From the NCBI RefSeq assembly GCF_018350175.1, contig NC_058368.1, positions 54,066,001 through 54,130,000 on the forward strand: 64,000 nt of DNA, written 5' to 3'. The position numbers and the translations under genes were made by a program. Source of the DNA: Felis catus. Its lineage: Eukaryota. The notes beneath the pieces are model-generated. The model was given only the letters and a program-made list of their open reading frames with translations, was not told where the DNA came from and made no database searches. Of the stretch, positions 48,636 to 61,335 are shown in pieces; the stretch's first letter is position 1; every line of letters begins with the position of its first letter.

Positions 48636-50225
48636 CTGTGTTCTCTTATTTTCTCACGAAGGCGCGGTCATTGAAAAAATTTTGGTATCCCTAAGTCCCT
48701 TAGCAAAAAGGAGAAAAATAAATCAGATAAAATGACTTTTTCTGCTTTGGGGAGATGGAAAGGAAATCACGGCTGATTAATTGCTCCCCGCTTCCGGAAG
48801 GAATTCTTTCTATAATCCTCCCTGTAGGGAATTTCCCTTCCTATGCTGGTCAGCTTTCTCTCAGCCTTTTCTTTTGCTCTTTTGCTCTATCTTTCTCTTC
48901 CCTTCTCTCTTTTCATCCCTTTCTTTCCCTTTCCTTCCACCCCTGCAATGTTTCCTTCATAGCCACATGCTATATGATCAAGGTGCATAGGGAACTGGCA
49001 AAGGTGAGGGAAACCTCTAGTAGGTTCTGTCTAAAGTCAGTATTCAGAGACACAGAGGAAAATAAGGAAGGCTGTTTGAGTTAACTGGAAGCGGGGAGAC
49101 AGCCAGGGCTATGGAAGCTTCTTCAACTTTCCTGGGCTCACAAAGATAAATCTTCAGAAGTTAGCTGCCAGCCGGCTAGATAGGTCTCTTTGGGACCTGG
49201 AACCAGTTATTTAGAAGGTTCTCTTTGCAAAGAGGTGAGGTTGGATGAGGGTAGGAACCTATAGAGAAATCCATGGATTCTCTCAATGGGATGGGATGGA
49301 GGGCCTCTTCTGGCCATATCTATGGCTACATCCTTTTTTCTTTTCCAGTTAAATTATGCAAATGAATGGAACACAGCTTTGAATGGAAAGGGTTTGGTCC
49401 ACTACTTCAATTGGAATATGTGAAATATTGTGAATTTGAAAAAAATCCATTTTAATACATTCCGCTTTTTAAAAAGTTTGAGTGGTTGAGTTTTATTATG
49501 GTTGTTTTGTTTTCCTTTTGTTTTGTGAAGAGCTTGGTAATATAAATTGTATACTAGAAATTAACTCACCTAGTATTCCTCATGGCATTTTAAAAGGGCA
49601 TTGAGCATTCTGGCTTGTTTATTTGTTTTTCCAGATCCACACATTCATTGAGATGTGTTTAGATTTTTTTTTTTTTCCATGTGGAAGGCACTGATATCAT
49701 TTTGGTATTCTATGCTTTTGACCCTCTGTACACACATGGTTTCTATATGGCTTGACATTGTGTTTATTTGATACTTCCTCTTGAATCCACTGCATATTCA
49801 TGGATGTTTCATGGTATTTTGCTACCTACAGATAGGCTTTTTTTAGTAGGACCCCACTTAAAAAAAACAAGTGAGGAACTCCTACAACTTTTTTCCCCTT
49901 TGTTTTAATGAGGATATGAAAAGACACATACAAGTCTGTTTATAACACAGAGGATCTCAAGGGGAGGTAAGAGATTATTAACTTTTTAAACTTCTTTTCC
50001 TGATTTGTTTCACTTTGTACAAAATGTGTTACTTTCTTAACTAAAATAATAACAAAGAAAATGTTTCAGTACTGATTTAATAAAAACGATTGAAAAGAAA
50101 ATTTATCAGTCACAAATCATATTTGTATTTTACGAAGGTTTTGCCAATCTTGATAAAGTGTCTAAAGTGTAAAGAAAAGATAGTTCCTTTGTTTTTAGAG
50201 CGCACATACAAAAAAACAATGGTCG

Positions 50226-50241
50226 GTGCTCCCTCTGCTGG
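50226..50241 (-). promoter_or_regulatory. CTCF binding motif (reverse)
   Basis: The minus strand reads CCAGCAGAGGGAGCAC, one mismatch from the core, in a small GC/CpG patch within AT-rich DNA. Confidence 0.55.
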
Positions 50242-50444
50242 TTTCCTGCAATAGTTAGCTCACCAACTTGCGAGTGAAAAGACAGCACAAGAAATTATAA
50301 TTGTTTGATCTTTAAATACCCTTTCTACATACAAGTCTTTCCTTGATTGGAAACATGTGTCAATGTAGTTTGTGAAAATAGATTCTTTCCTAGCATTTAA
50401 CAGTGATACTGTAGTTGGGCTATCTAGATAATTATAATTCTTTT

Positions 50445-50570
50445 TAAATTTATTTTTTCAAGTTTATTATTATTACTATTTTTTAATAGTCTCCACACAC
50501 AGCGTGGGGCTTGAACTTATGACCCCAAGTTCAAAGTTCCATGCTCTTCCGACTGAGCCAACCAGGTGCC
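50445..50570 (-). mobile_element. Short CanSINE
   Basis: Antisense tRNA-derived head with ataat(t/c)ctttttt flanks. Confidence 0.8.
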
Positions 50571-52627
50571 ACATAATCCTTTTTTTTTTAAATGAACTTT
50601 TCCTTTCTTATATCATAAAGGAGGACATAAAACACAACTATTCTTAATTTATTAGGGTGACTATTAGTCTTGTATAACTAATTCTCAGTAACCAGATCTA
50701 GTAGTCAGTAGGCTATTTGAACATCTTTACACTAGTAAATAATATTGACGGGTGAGTGACATTATCACTGGACAATTACCTTTTTTTATTAAACGCCTTG
50801 TATCAGTACTGCAATCTATACCTTCCTATATAGAAGATATTTGGAAATTCATTAATTTAGTTAATATTGCTGTCTGAATTATAATTAAAGATTTTTAGAA
50901 TTCATTGAATTCATCAGTTGGTTTTCTGGGACTCCTGACTTTCACGGAGTAGAGTATGTTGAGCCATATATATTATTCATTTATCAAATACTTGTATTAA
51001 ACCATTTCTAAATCTTTATTATTTCTTTATTATAGTACTATATTCTGTGTCTTAAAGGTGTTTAATGTGAAGATTCTGTTTATACATCTTCAACTTTTTC
51101 TGTTTCGCCTAGGGATATATGCATTTAATAAGGAGCTCTGGAGAATCTCTAAGCTTTCAAAGGAAGTGTTTCTAATGGTAGGTTTCAGAGACAGTGCTGC
51201 TAGTAAGATAGAGCAGACGGGAGAAGGGTTGCTTCTAGAAAATGGACAGGCCCTTGGGAATAGAGTGGAGAATGAAGCAATCTCCAAGCAATAGACAATA
51301 AAGAGTGGGGGAGGTGCTGTTTAGCAGGGAAGACAAGAGCTGCATTTCCTTGATAGAAATTAACAATACTTTCCTCTCAAAAAGGCATCTTTGTGAGGAG
51401 TGCTCCGTGAATGGTGAAGAAAAAATAACAGGGTAGAAAGCCAGAGCTCCTAAGTCAAACTTTACCCAACCTTGATAAGCTGGGGGGTCAGATCATCCTA
51501 ACACCCCGGACAACACCAGGTAAACATGTAGGCAGGTGGCAATGTTAGCGAGAGGCCGAGATCCAGCCATAGCTACCGGAGTTTAGGTATGGGATTTCTA
51601 CCCTCTGGAAAGAACGGGGAGGGTGAGTGTTTGAAGTGTGCGTATATTCTAGGACTCCAGTGCTGGAAGGCCTGGAGTACCAGGCATGAATTGAAGTAAA
51701 GACAAGACACAATTCCTGAAGCGGGGCTCTGGGGTCAGGAGGATTTATGGCAGGATCCCAATTCTGGATCATGGGGTAGGAGCAGTCAGGGCTAAGACTG
51801 ATTTGATACTGACCCCAATGTGCTGCTATGTTCCTTCATCCTGAGTTTGGAGAGGGTTTGTACACATGAGTGCATGTTCAGTTAGGACCTACAAGTCACA
51901 TAGACAACTGCCCCAAAGTGGGAATTTTGGGAGATATTATTGGAAGGGGGGTCATGCCCTTTGCCACTCAAACTGTGATATGTGGACTAATGCTTACTTA
52001 GCCTACTTATAAAGTCACTCTGCATTAGAGTGTAGGAATTAAAGAGACCAGAGCACCCCTTCTTCAACTTTTACATTTACTATTGGACTCACATAATTGT
52101 TCTCTAATTTTTTTATGTATTTGTTTTTAGTTCTGTCTTTTCAGATGATATATTTCAAGTTTGTTAAGTCCAGCACTGCTGTTCACATCTTTTGCATTTC
52201 CCTAAGTGCTTAATTTAATTTTCTACCCAGACTATTCTAATGATAGAGCTATTAGGGTTTTTTTTTTTCTTTTTTTTTCCTTTTTTTTTTCTGTGATGCT
52301 CTGTAGAGTTGCAACAATCCACATAATGCTGGGGAGGAGGGAATGGAGCTTTGACTTTACATATTTGGCATTTGCATAGTATTTCTCATGAAGAAAGAAT
52401 TACCTTAAAAAATTTCAGAAAACTATGAAAGTGTTCTGCTGATGATCAAATTGATACTTTGAAGCAACTGAACTTGGAAACTTTTCACTGAAAGCTTACA
52501 TTTTTCTAAGATGGGTTCTTTAGGAATTAATTTCTTTATGAATAAATCCTTTATGAATTTTTCATCCTATGTAAATCAACTTAAATGTATGTCTTTATCT
52601 TGTTTTGTTCACAAAAGCTATTTTTTA

Positions 52628-52736
52628 AAGTTTATTTATTTATTTAAGTGATCTCTACCTCCAGTGTGGGGCTCGAACTCAGGACCCCAAGATCAAGAAT
52701 TGTATGCTCTTCCAACTGAGCCAGCCAGGCACCCCC
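52628..52736 (-). mobile_element. Short CanSINE
   Basis: TSD aaagctattttt. Confidence 0.85.
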
Positions 52737-53110
52737 ATGAAAGCTATTTTTAAAATTATGTTTCTTATTGTTAGAAGAATTATTAGTCAAAAGTTTGCTC
52801 ATAAGTCTCATAGTCTAAGAGATGGCAGTTTGCAAAGAGAAGAGTTCCTCTGTATTCCCAGGAGTTCCACATGGAATAGATTAGATTATATATATTTAGA
52901 TGGGTGCACGTTTTCCCACCTTTGGACCATATCAAATCTAACACTAAGCAAGGCATTAATCTGAATCAGGTTAGAAAGCATATCAGGTCCTCTTTAACCA
53001 AAACTACCTTTTAGCTTTATTTACATTATCTGAGAAATATAGGTGGATCAGCTATCTTCTTCCCTGCTTCTATCTTTTTCTGGTCAAAAGGACAGGAATC
53101 CTTTAGGGAT

Positions 53111-53320
53111 ACACTGTTAACAGTAGCCATTAGCCATATGTGACTACTGAGTACTTGAATTGTACTGTAATGTACACCATATTTCAAAGACATAGTACAA
53201 AAAAGGAGAAATATCTCATTTATATACTTTATACTGACTATGTGTTTAAATGACAATAGTTGGGTTAAATAAAACATTGTTAACATTAATTTAACCTGTT
53301 TCTTTTTACTTTTTCATTAC
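53111..53320 (-). mobile_element. MER33 fragment
   Basis: gtagccattagccatatgtgactactgagtacttgaa...atttcaaagacatagtac. Confidence 0.7.
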
Positions 53321-53570
53321 TTAACACTATTTGTTACATAAGCTGCTCACATTTATAATGGAGAGAACTCGTCTAGACCAAAAGTTCTTAAACTTTTTTT
53401 GCATAATAATGAATTCCCTTGAGAATCTGCTAGAATTCAATAAATTATAGAGATGGTAGATATTGTCAGTTCTACTATTCCTAACATATGTGTTCCTAAG
53501 TCTCACTATGCTATGCAAAAATCATGCAGTAGAAGCTATAGGGCTGGGATTGGGGTAAACACTCAAAAAT

Positions 53571-53775
53571 GGGGCACCTGGGTGGCTCAGTAGGTTAAGC
53601 ATCCAACTTCAGCTCAGGTCATGATTTTGCGGGTTCTTGAGTTCAAGCCCTATGTCGAACTCTGTAATGACAGTGCAGAGCCTGCTTGGGATTCTCTCTC
53701 TTCCTCTCTCCCTCTGCCTCTCCCCACTTGTGCTCTCTCTCTCTCTCTCAAAATAAATACAGAAACTTAAAAAAA
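53571..53775 (+). mobile_element. CanSINE
   Basis: Full-length sense copy. Confidence 0.92.
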
Positions 53776-54109
53776 TTTCATCAGTGATACATTATGAAAA
53801 AGAAAGTAACATAATGAAAAGGTAGCATGGTTTTATCCATGGTAAATGGTGAAGAAATACATCAACTGAAATAAATATGTCACTTTACCTTGAAAAATGT
53901 CTCATTTGTCTATGAGAGTGACCACTCCTACAATTGCTCACAAGGCATGCCCGCCTTGTTCCCATGGCTCCCACCCTATGTGCCAGAGGAAGAGAACAAT
54001 AGGGAGATAGGAGTGAGAGAAAGCAGAATAAAGAGAGAAAAAGAACAGAGAGCAGAAGAAAAAATACAAAATAGGCCGAGTAAGAAGAGAGGAACAATGC
54101 AAGGGGAGG

Positions 54110-54444
54110 AGTAGGGTCAAGTGGTTGGTAGGCCAGGGTTGCAGCTTGTGAGTCATTGAAAGAGGTTTCCTGAAGTCAGATGGAAAGCTGCAGGTGTAGA
54201 AAGTTGCAGCAGTAAATGAAACAGCACATGTAGAGCTCACTGTCCTCAAGAGATGAGGGTGTGCATGCGTTGCGATGGTTCCTGTGCAGCCCAGTTCAGC
54301 CGGGTGCAGTTTTTTGTATGGGCCTGGTGATGAAACCGGCACAAGCAATTGCAAAATTAGCATGGTCCTAAAATTTCTCCTAACTTAGTCACATTGGAAT
54401 AAATTCTCATTTTCAAAACGGGCATTATAGCGGAACTGACTGTA
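54110..54444 (-). mobile_element. Tigger-family (Tigger13a-like) DNA transposon relic
   Basis: The minus strand starts TA-cagtcagttccgctataatgcccgttttgaaaa, a TcMar TIR-like end with TA target. Confidence 0.6.
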
Positions 54445-55469
54445 GGTCCGCACACCACAATAGATTGTTATGTACAGCTCATGCCAGAGACCTCCAGACT
54501 GGAGGACTGCTAGAGCATGCCAAGCATTAGGAATCAAAGCTGAAATGCCAACACTAGGTTCTTTCAAGGGGCTACAGCCATGAGGGGTGAGATGGACAGC
54601 CTGATGAGCAATTTGTGGAGACCGAGTGGACCATAGAGAATGAATGTGTAATTGGGCTGGATCCATGAAGGTAGAGGAGATATGTTGGATTCACAGGGCA
54701 GAGAAGGTAGATTCCCTATAGATATCAACCACAATGACTTAGCTGCACAAGTCTTTTCTAATCTATGCCCAAATAAGTCAGGAAGACCCATTTGTGAATG
54801 GGCCTATCACATTTGTTCCCGGTGATAGTAAATGAGTAATTGGAAATTCCAATAGGTAGCAGAGAAAAAGGGCAGATGCTGTCTTAATTTTCTGCTTCTA
54901 CTTATTCTAGGATTTAGTTGTAATCCACAGAATTTGGTTCCTGTAAATTCAGAGAAATAGGCCTCAGTATCTGTTAAAGGGAAGTGAACTGAAAGGATCT
55001 TTAAGTCACTGAGAATAATGAAGTAACTTAAAATTAAATCAAAGCATTGAAGGTGGTTGCCTGTCAAATATGATTTGAGGACGAGGGGAAGAGGGGGAGG
55101 AGGAGGAGGAGGAGAGGGAAGAAGAGGCAGAGCTGTTATTTATTGGGTTCTTAGTATGTGCTGGGAAATGTACTATGTTTTATGTATTTTATTTTGTTGA
55201 TTATTCACAACATTTGGGGGTAGGTTTTGTTGTTGCCTCTTTTCATGGATGGAAATAACTCAACCAACAGCCCATTGGTAACAAGTAGCTAATTTGGGAC
55301 TTGAATGCAGGCAGTCTAAAACCAATGTTTTCATGGAAAACATCAGACTCTTCGGCCTTATGAGTGGTATTGTTGGGGCCTTTCATTGTCTGTTATTGTA
55401 TATTCTGGTACTATTTGAATTTGTGTAGTTAAATTATATTGAATTCTATTCATGTATTACTATTATTAT

Positions 55470-55674
55470 TATTTTAAGGTTTATTTATTTATCTTGAGTG
55501 GGAGAATGTGTGTGGGAGGGACAGAGAACGAGGGAGAGAAATAATGCCAAGCAGGCTCTGCGCTGTCAGTGCGAGGGGCCCGATGAGGGGTTTGAACTCA
55601 TGAACCCATAAGATCATGGCCTGAGCCGAAATCGAGAGTCAGATGCTTAACCAACTGAGCCACCCAGGTGCCCC
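55470..55674 (-). mobile_element. CanSINE
   Basis: Antisense copy. Confidence 0.88.
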
Positions 55675-55831
55675 TTGCCTGTATTATTTTTAAAGCAGGA
55701 GAAAAATACACACACCCACACCCCCCCACCCCACACCAAGATTTATAAGAGGAAACCTACAAAAAATGAATACAGTAAAAAGGATTTTAAGAAGTGAAAA
55801 TCAACTTCTAAATTCTATATTCAATGTTTAT

Positions 55832-56060
55832 TTATTTAAAAAAATTTTTTTTAAATGTTTTTATTTATTTTTGGAGGAGAGAGAGAGACAGAGCATGAGC
55901 TGGGGAGGAGCAGAGAGAGGGGGAGACACAGAATCCGAAGGAGGCTCCAGGCTCTGAGCTGTCAGCACAGCGCCTGATGCAGGGCTCGAACTCACAAACT
56001 GTGAGATCATGACCTGAGCCAAAGTCGGACGCTTAATCGACTGAGCCACCCAGACACCCC
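55832..56060 (-). mobile_element. Felid CanSINE with TSD
   Basis: TSD tatattcaa(t/c)gttta. Confidence 0.94.
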
Positions 56061-56534
56061 TATATTCAACGTTTAATAACACATGTATTTGGGTAGCATG
56101 ACTTGAAAATGTTGATTTTACACATGTGTGGAGGGGGCTGTCTATCCACGTATAGGCTCCTCAGCAAACTCCCTTTGCCATCAGATGCATAAGGGATACC
56201 AATAATAAATTATAGCAACAGTAGGCAATATAATCAATTTTAAATTGCTGTTTGGTTTTACAGAAGAAATATTTAATATGAGGCTATTAAAGCATTAACA
56301 AATGCCATTCATAATTTTTCAGAAATGGGAAAAGTAATCATTTTTCTATGTCTAATTAAGTTTTCTTGTATGTGTTACAAGGATATTATGCTGCACCAAA
56401 GGTAATATATTATTGTAAACTCTACGTGTTTGTTAAAATTATTTTCCATTTATGATCTTTGCTTAGATTCTAACTTATAAGAAGTCCGTGGTGAGATATA
56501 TCATATTTAAGCTGAAGCTAATTTCTTTAAAGAC

Positions 56535-57033
56535 ATTATTTTTAAGTAATCTTTATACCCCACATGGGGCTTGAACTTACAGCCCTGAGATCAAGAGTCA
56601 CAGGCTCTAGGGGCGCCTGGGTGGTGCAGTCGGTTAAGCGTCCGACTTCAGCCAGGTCACGATCTCGGGTCTGTGAGTTTGAGCCCCGCGTCAGGCTCTG
56701 GGCTGATGGCTCAGAGCCTGGAGCCTGTTTCCGAATCTGTGTCTCCCTCTCTCTCTGCCCCTCCCCCGTTCATGCTCTGTCTCTCTCTGTCCCAAAAATA
56801 AATAAAAACGTTGAAAAAAAAATTTTTGAAAAAAGAGTCACAGGCTCTAGGGGCGCCTGGGTGGCTCAGATGGTTAAGCCTCTGACTCTTGATCTCAGGG
56901 TCTTGAGTTCAAGGGTCTCAAGTTCAAAAGTTAAGAGTTCAAGCCCTGTGCTGGGTGTGAGACCTGCTTAAAAGAAAAGAAAAAAAAGAAAAAAGAGTCA
57001 CATGATCTGCAGACTGAGCCAGCCAGGCTCTCC
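56535..57033. mobile_element. Nested SINE complex: antisense short CanSINE split by two sense CanSINEs (56610-56832, 56850-56992)
   Basis: Target sequence aagagtcacaggctcta occurs at 56593-56609 and 56833-56849, and diverged at 56993-57009. Confidence 0.92.
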
Positions 57034-58432
57034 TAAGTTAAACCTATTTTTTTTTAATGAAAAAATTTTCCCACAATTAACAAGGGTAATGCCTCATTTT
57101 ATTTCCCCTTATTAATAATATTGATGACTATTAATAAATATATTAATAAATAACATTATTTATTAATAATAGTTTTATTAATCCATTATTTCTCCAGATA
57201 ATCAGTTCTCTTTAGTGGATCAGCAATGGGGGATTTTCGCAATGAGAGTAAAAGACTATCCCTCTTCTCTTCCTCTTAGAATCCCTAGTTTCAGATGTTA
57301 CATGACTTGCAGCGTGTCCTGTCACAACCTCCCTTCTTCATTCTCTGCTGTGTGAGAGGAAATGGGAACACTCATCGGCAAAGGGAATTTCTTAAGGAAC
57401 TCTTATTGCTGGTGCTGCTGTTGTTTGAGACTTCCAGAAGCCCATTATCTCCTGTTATTGGACGGTGAGTAACCAGTGAGGCATGCTCGCTCTTCCTCCT
57501 GTCCCTCCTCAGATTTCCTCAGAGAAAAGCCACATACCTGGTTTGCTCCCACATTGCCTCATCTCCTTACCTGGCTCCGCAGACATTCTTGGCTGCACTT
57601 CCCAGAAAGATGGTGTGTCTGAGACTGCTCCAGGGAAGCTGTTCGGTGCAGCTGCTCTCCCCTCCAGTGCTGGCCCCCATTCGGCTTCCCCGAAGGGAAT
57701 ATTCCTACACGGCTTCTTAGATGGTGTAACTCGTGCACTTCTGCCAGCAGCCCCGGCCAGGGGCCAAAGGAGAGAGAACAGGGGGTGTCTCCTTCACCAC
57801 CCCAGAGATACCTTCCTGCCCTGAGTGCCGAAAGAGGACTTAGTTCATCTCAGAATACTGTGGATGAAAAATAAAGAGTGGCAGGCGGGAGCTAACCTTT
57901 AATAAAGGAATATGCTTTCCTGAAAAATACGATACTAGTAATTTGTGATAAAGGGTTGAGTTCTAGTGAAATAACACTGATGCCCATGTATTTGTGATGC
58001 CAGACTAGTGGACATTAGGCTGGCAGTTTCCCTTTGAGTCTGGGCAAGTGCTAGCATTTCCCTCAGAGGCTGTTATTTCTCTAGCCTTGATCATGAATTG
58101 AGGCATGTCTTGGTTGCCTTGGCATTACCATTAGTTCTTCCAGGGCACCAGGAAAATGGTGCATAATTAAACTCATTCTTTGACAGGGGAAAACAAGCTG
58201 ATAATCATATTGGAGGACAGAGTTTTCATCTCTGACCTCCCTCCTTATTTCCCTTATGTCCTTCCCGCTTTCCCACAGTCTCCAGTCCATGGTCACAGTA
58301 AAGTGAGTGCCTCGGGCACCAGGGAGCAGCACACTGAGTGTGGCAGGGGAAGCCCCATGAATCCCAGCATGCGTCCCTCCCTACAAGTCAACTCGCCCTC
58401 ATGACTAACAGCTATGAAGGAGATTGGGACTT

Positions 58433-58858
58433 CTGTTGGGGAAGGTCATCAAAAAGACATGGCCACTGGTTGATCCCTGAGCAGGCCCTAGGGCTCTCAG
58501 AAGCTTCTCACCCTCTCCCCTCTCCTTGGAATGTGGGTGCTCCTTCCTTTCCTGCCCTCAGAGGCTGCTCCAAGCACATAACCTCGAGATAGTGATTTGG
58601 TATTGACAACGCCTGCACGGTATATGTGACTGAACCTAGTTAAGGTCTCTACAAACTTTTAAGATATGGTGGGCAGGTGCAGGGATCCACATATCTTGCT
58701 GCCGCCCAAGACAAGCCTCGTATGTAAGTTCCCTCTGCTTATTAAAACTGCTATCTACCAACTCAAGTGGCCCTCCCCTTCCTTTGGTCTCTCCCTGCTC
58801 TCTGCATTCAGAAGCTGGTTTCAGATTTCGCCCAGGAGGCTCCTGAGGAGCTTATAAC
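58433..58858 (+). mobile_element. MER74/MER73-like (ERVL) solo LTR
   Basis: Starts tgttgggga; contains gacaagcctcgtatgtaagttccctctgcttattaaaactgc...ccaactcaagtgg...tttggtctctccctg. Confidence 0.65.
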
Positions 58859-59125
58859 TCCTTCAATAATGTATTGCCCATGGCATCTTTTGGAAACAAA
58901 ATTTAAAAATGCAGTGATAATTCTAGCACCATTCTCCTCCCACCCACACCAGAGGATTGGAATGGATTGATGAAGGGAAAAATAGTTGTCCAAGTCAACT
59001 TCTGTGTATGCTAAGGAAAATAAAAAGCTCATGTGCTAATTCAAAGTCATCAGGCATATCAAGGCATGTCATGTGGAAGAAGGCAATGTGTCTTGCAGTA
59101 CTGGTTAAATATTTCATCCTGCATT

Positions 59126-59342
59126 TAAAAAAAAAATTAATGTTTTATTTATTTTTAAGATAGAGAGACAGAGAGTGAGTGGGGATGGGGCAGAGAGAGA
59201 AGGAGACACAGAATCTGAAGCAGGCTCCAGGCTCTGAGCCGTCAGCACAGAGCCTGACACGGGGCTTGAACTCACGAACTGTGAGATTCACGAACTGAAC
59301 AGAAGTCGGACACTCAACTGACCGAGCCCCCCCAGGCGCCTC
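59126..59342 (-). mobile_element. Felid CanSINE with TSD
   Basis: TSD atttcatcctgcatt. Confidence 0.94.
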
Positions 59343-59619
59343 AATTTCATCCTGCATTGTAACTATTAAAGCTCTCAGATGAAGGCAGAAGTTAGTAAGT
59401 TTCTGAGGTTCCACATTCTGAGGCTCTACATTGTGGCAAGTGCAGCCTTTAGCAGTACTCCTGGTACTTCCTCCTCTTCCTGGATAGTGTGCGTGAGTGT
59501 ATCCTGGAAGCAGGCCAGGAACCTTGCTCAGGTGTAGGTCATTCCCTTTCTAGAGGGCAGTGGGGGGCCAGTGATGTTCTGAGGTGAGCCCAAGGTTTAG
59601 GAACTTCGTACAGTACTAT

Positions 59620-60140
59620 AAAAGGAAACTGTTTTTCTCCTCTATTACCAATAGTTCCAATAGCAGCTTTGCAAATTTTTCCCACACCAAGTAATTCTCC
59701 AACTTTCAGTGGACACTGGCTGGGTGTCCTATAAATTTAACTCAATTTTGACACTATCTATCTGGAGATATCATTGGATCCCACAGGTCAAGGCCTCAGT
59801 CCCGTAAGACTGCCCTCACTTCAGATGCCAATTACAAGTCCAGATTGCCACCTATACTTACCGGCTGGGATCTGTGACCCCCTCCTTAGGTTCAAGAATT
59901 TGCTAGAATGGCAAATGCTTACATTTACTGATTTAGTATCAAAGGATACAACTTGGAAACAACCATATGGAAGAGATGAATGAGGCAAGATGTGGATGGG
60001 GGAAGGGGCATAGTTTCCATGCCTTCCTAAGGTGGCTACCCTTCCAGTTCCTCCATGTACTCACCAGTTCCGAAGCTTATCAAATCCTGTTGTCCAAGAG
60101 TTTTTATAGAGCTAAATCTCTACCTACCCTCATTACCACC
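59620..60140 (-). mobile_element. MER21-family LTR
   Basis: gctgggtgtcctata...actcaattttgacactatcta...gatcccacagg...aagactgccctcacttcagatgccaat. Confidence 0.8.
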
Positions 60141-60395
60141 TTGGGGTGTGAAGCTGAGTTCTCCCACAGAACAGGAGGGTGCCAGTCATTTAGGTACATT
60201 TAGGCATCTTTTTCATGTTTATTCTATCTCAGTCCCATACATTGATGTGGTCTTCTGTGCCTAAAGAAAATACTTGAAGACCTAATAGGAATAAGACTGA
60301 GTTGGTTCCTGTAGGAAGCTCACAGAAGTTGGACCTCAAGCCTAGAAAAAGATGAATTGGATCATTCAACAATAGCCTCAAAATAATCATCCCAT

Positions 60396-60537
60396 GGGGC
60401 ACCTGGGTGGCTCAGTCGGTTAAGCTTCCAATTTCGGCTCAGGTCATGATCTCATGGTTTGTGGCTTTGAGCCCCACATCAGGCTCCGCACTGCTTGGAA
60501 TACTCTCCCTCTCTCTCTACCCCTCTCCTGCTTGCAT

Positions 60538-60573
<36 letters not shown>

Positions 60574-60622
60574 TCTCTCTCTCTCATAATAAATAAGTAA
60601 ACTTAAAAAAAAGTAAAAAAAA
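60396..60622 (+). mobile_element. CanSINE
   Basis: Sense copy with long (CT)n; tcatccca flanks. Confidence 0.92.
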
Positions 60623-60677
60623 TATGTAACTCATCCCACTTGAATGGATAGGAGACCCAGCACTTCTTACTATGCAA

Positions 60678-61073
60678 ATTGACTTCGTTTGCTAAGGCTG
60701 CCATAGCAAAATTCTGCAGACTGGGTGCCTTAAACAACAGAAATTTATTTCTAACAATTCCAGAAGCTGAAAGTCCAAGATCAGGGTGTTGGCAAGGTTG
60801 GTTTCCTTGAGTCCTCTCTCCGTGGCTTGCAGATGATTTCCTTCTCGCTCTATTCCCATGTGATCTTTCTTTTGTGTGTGTGTGCATGTGCATTTCTGGT
60901 GTCTCTCTGTGTGTCCTAATCTCCTCTTCTTATAAGGACACCAGACCCTGATGGTCTCATTTTAACTTAATTTCCCCTTTAAAAGTTCTGTCTCTAAATA
61001 CAGTCACATTCTGAAGCACTGGGGGTTAGAGCTTCAATATGTGAATTTGGGGGGATACAAATCAGCCCGCAAC
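60678..61073 (-). mobile_element. MLT1 (MLT1B-like, ERVL-MaLR) solo LTR
   Basis: ggctgccatagcaaa...ttaaacaacagaaatttatt...aaatacagtcacattctga...aatcagcccgcaaca. Confidence 0.85.
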
Positions 61074-61189
61074 AGGAATAATTTCCCTTTGTTCCTCCTA
61101 AGAACACCCAAGCAGTAGTTGACTTTGGCTTCACCCTCTTCTTTTGAAAGGCAGGATGGTGTTCTTGGAAGGAGCATGCATTATGAAAT

Positions 61190-61335
61190 TCAACTACCAG
61201 CGGTGTGAATCCTGATTTGATCACTTGCTCCTTTTTTCACTTTGGGGTCTCTGGGCCTCAGTTTCCCCATTTGTAATATGTGTGGACTCTTTACTTGGGG
61301 GTTAGATGAGATAACCTATGTAAAGTGCCTGGGGC
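61190..61335 (+). mobile_element. MIR
   Basis: ctctgggcctcagtttccccatttgtaa...gatgagataacctatgtaaagtgcctgg. Confidence 0.7.

Noticed and set aside
56593..57009. Direct repeats with spacers resembling a CRISPR-like array
   Set aside because: The repeats are target-site duplications and the spacers are SINEs; this is a eukaryotic locus.
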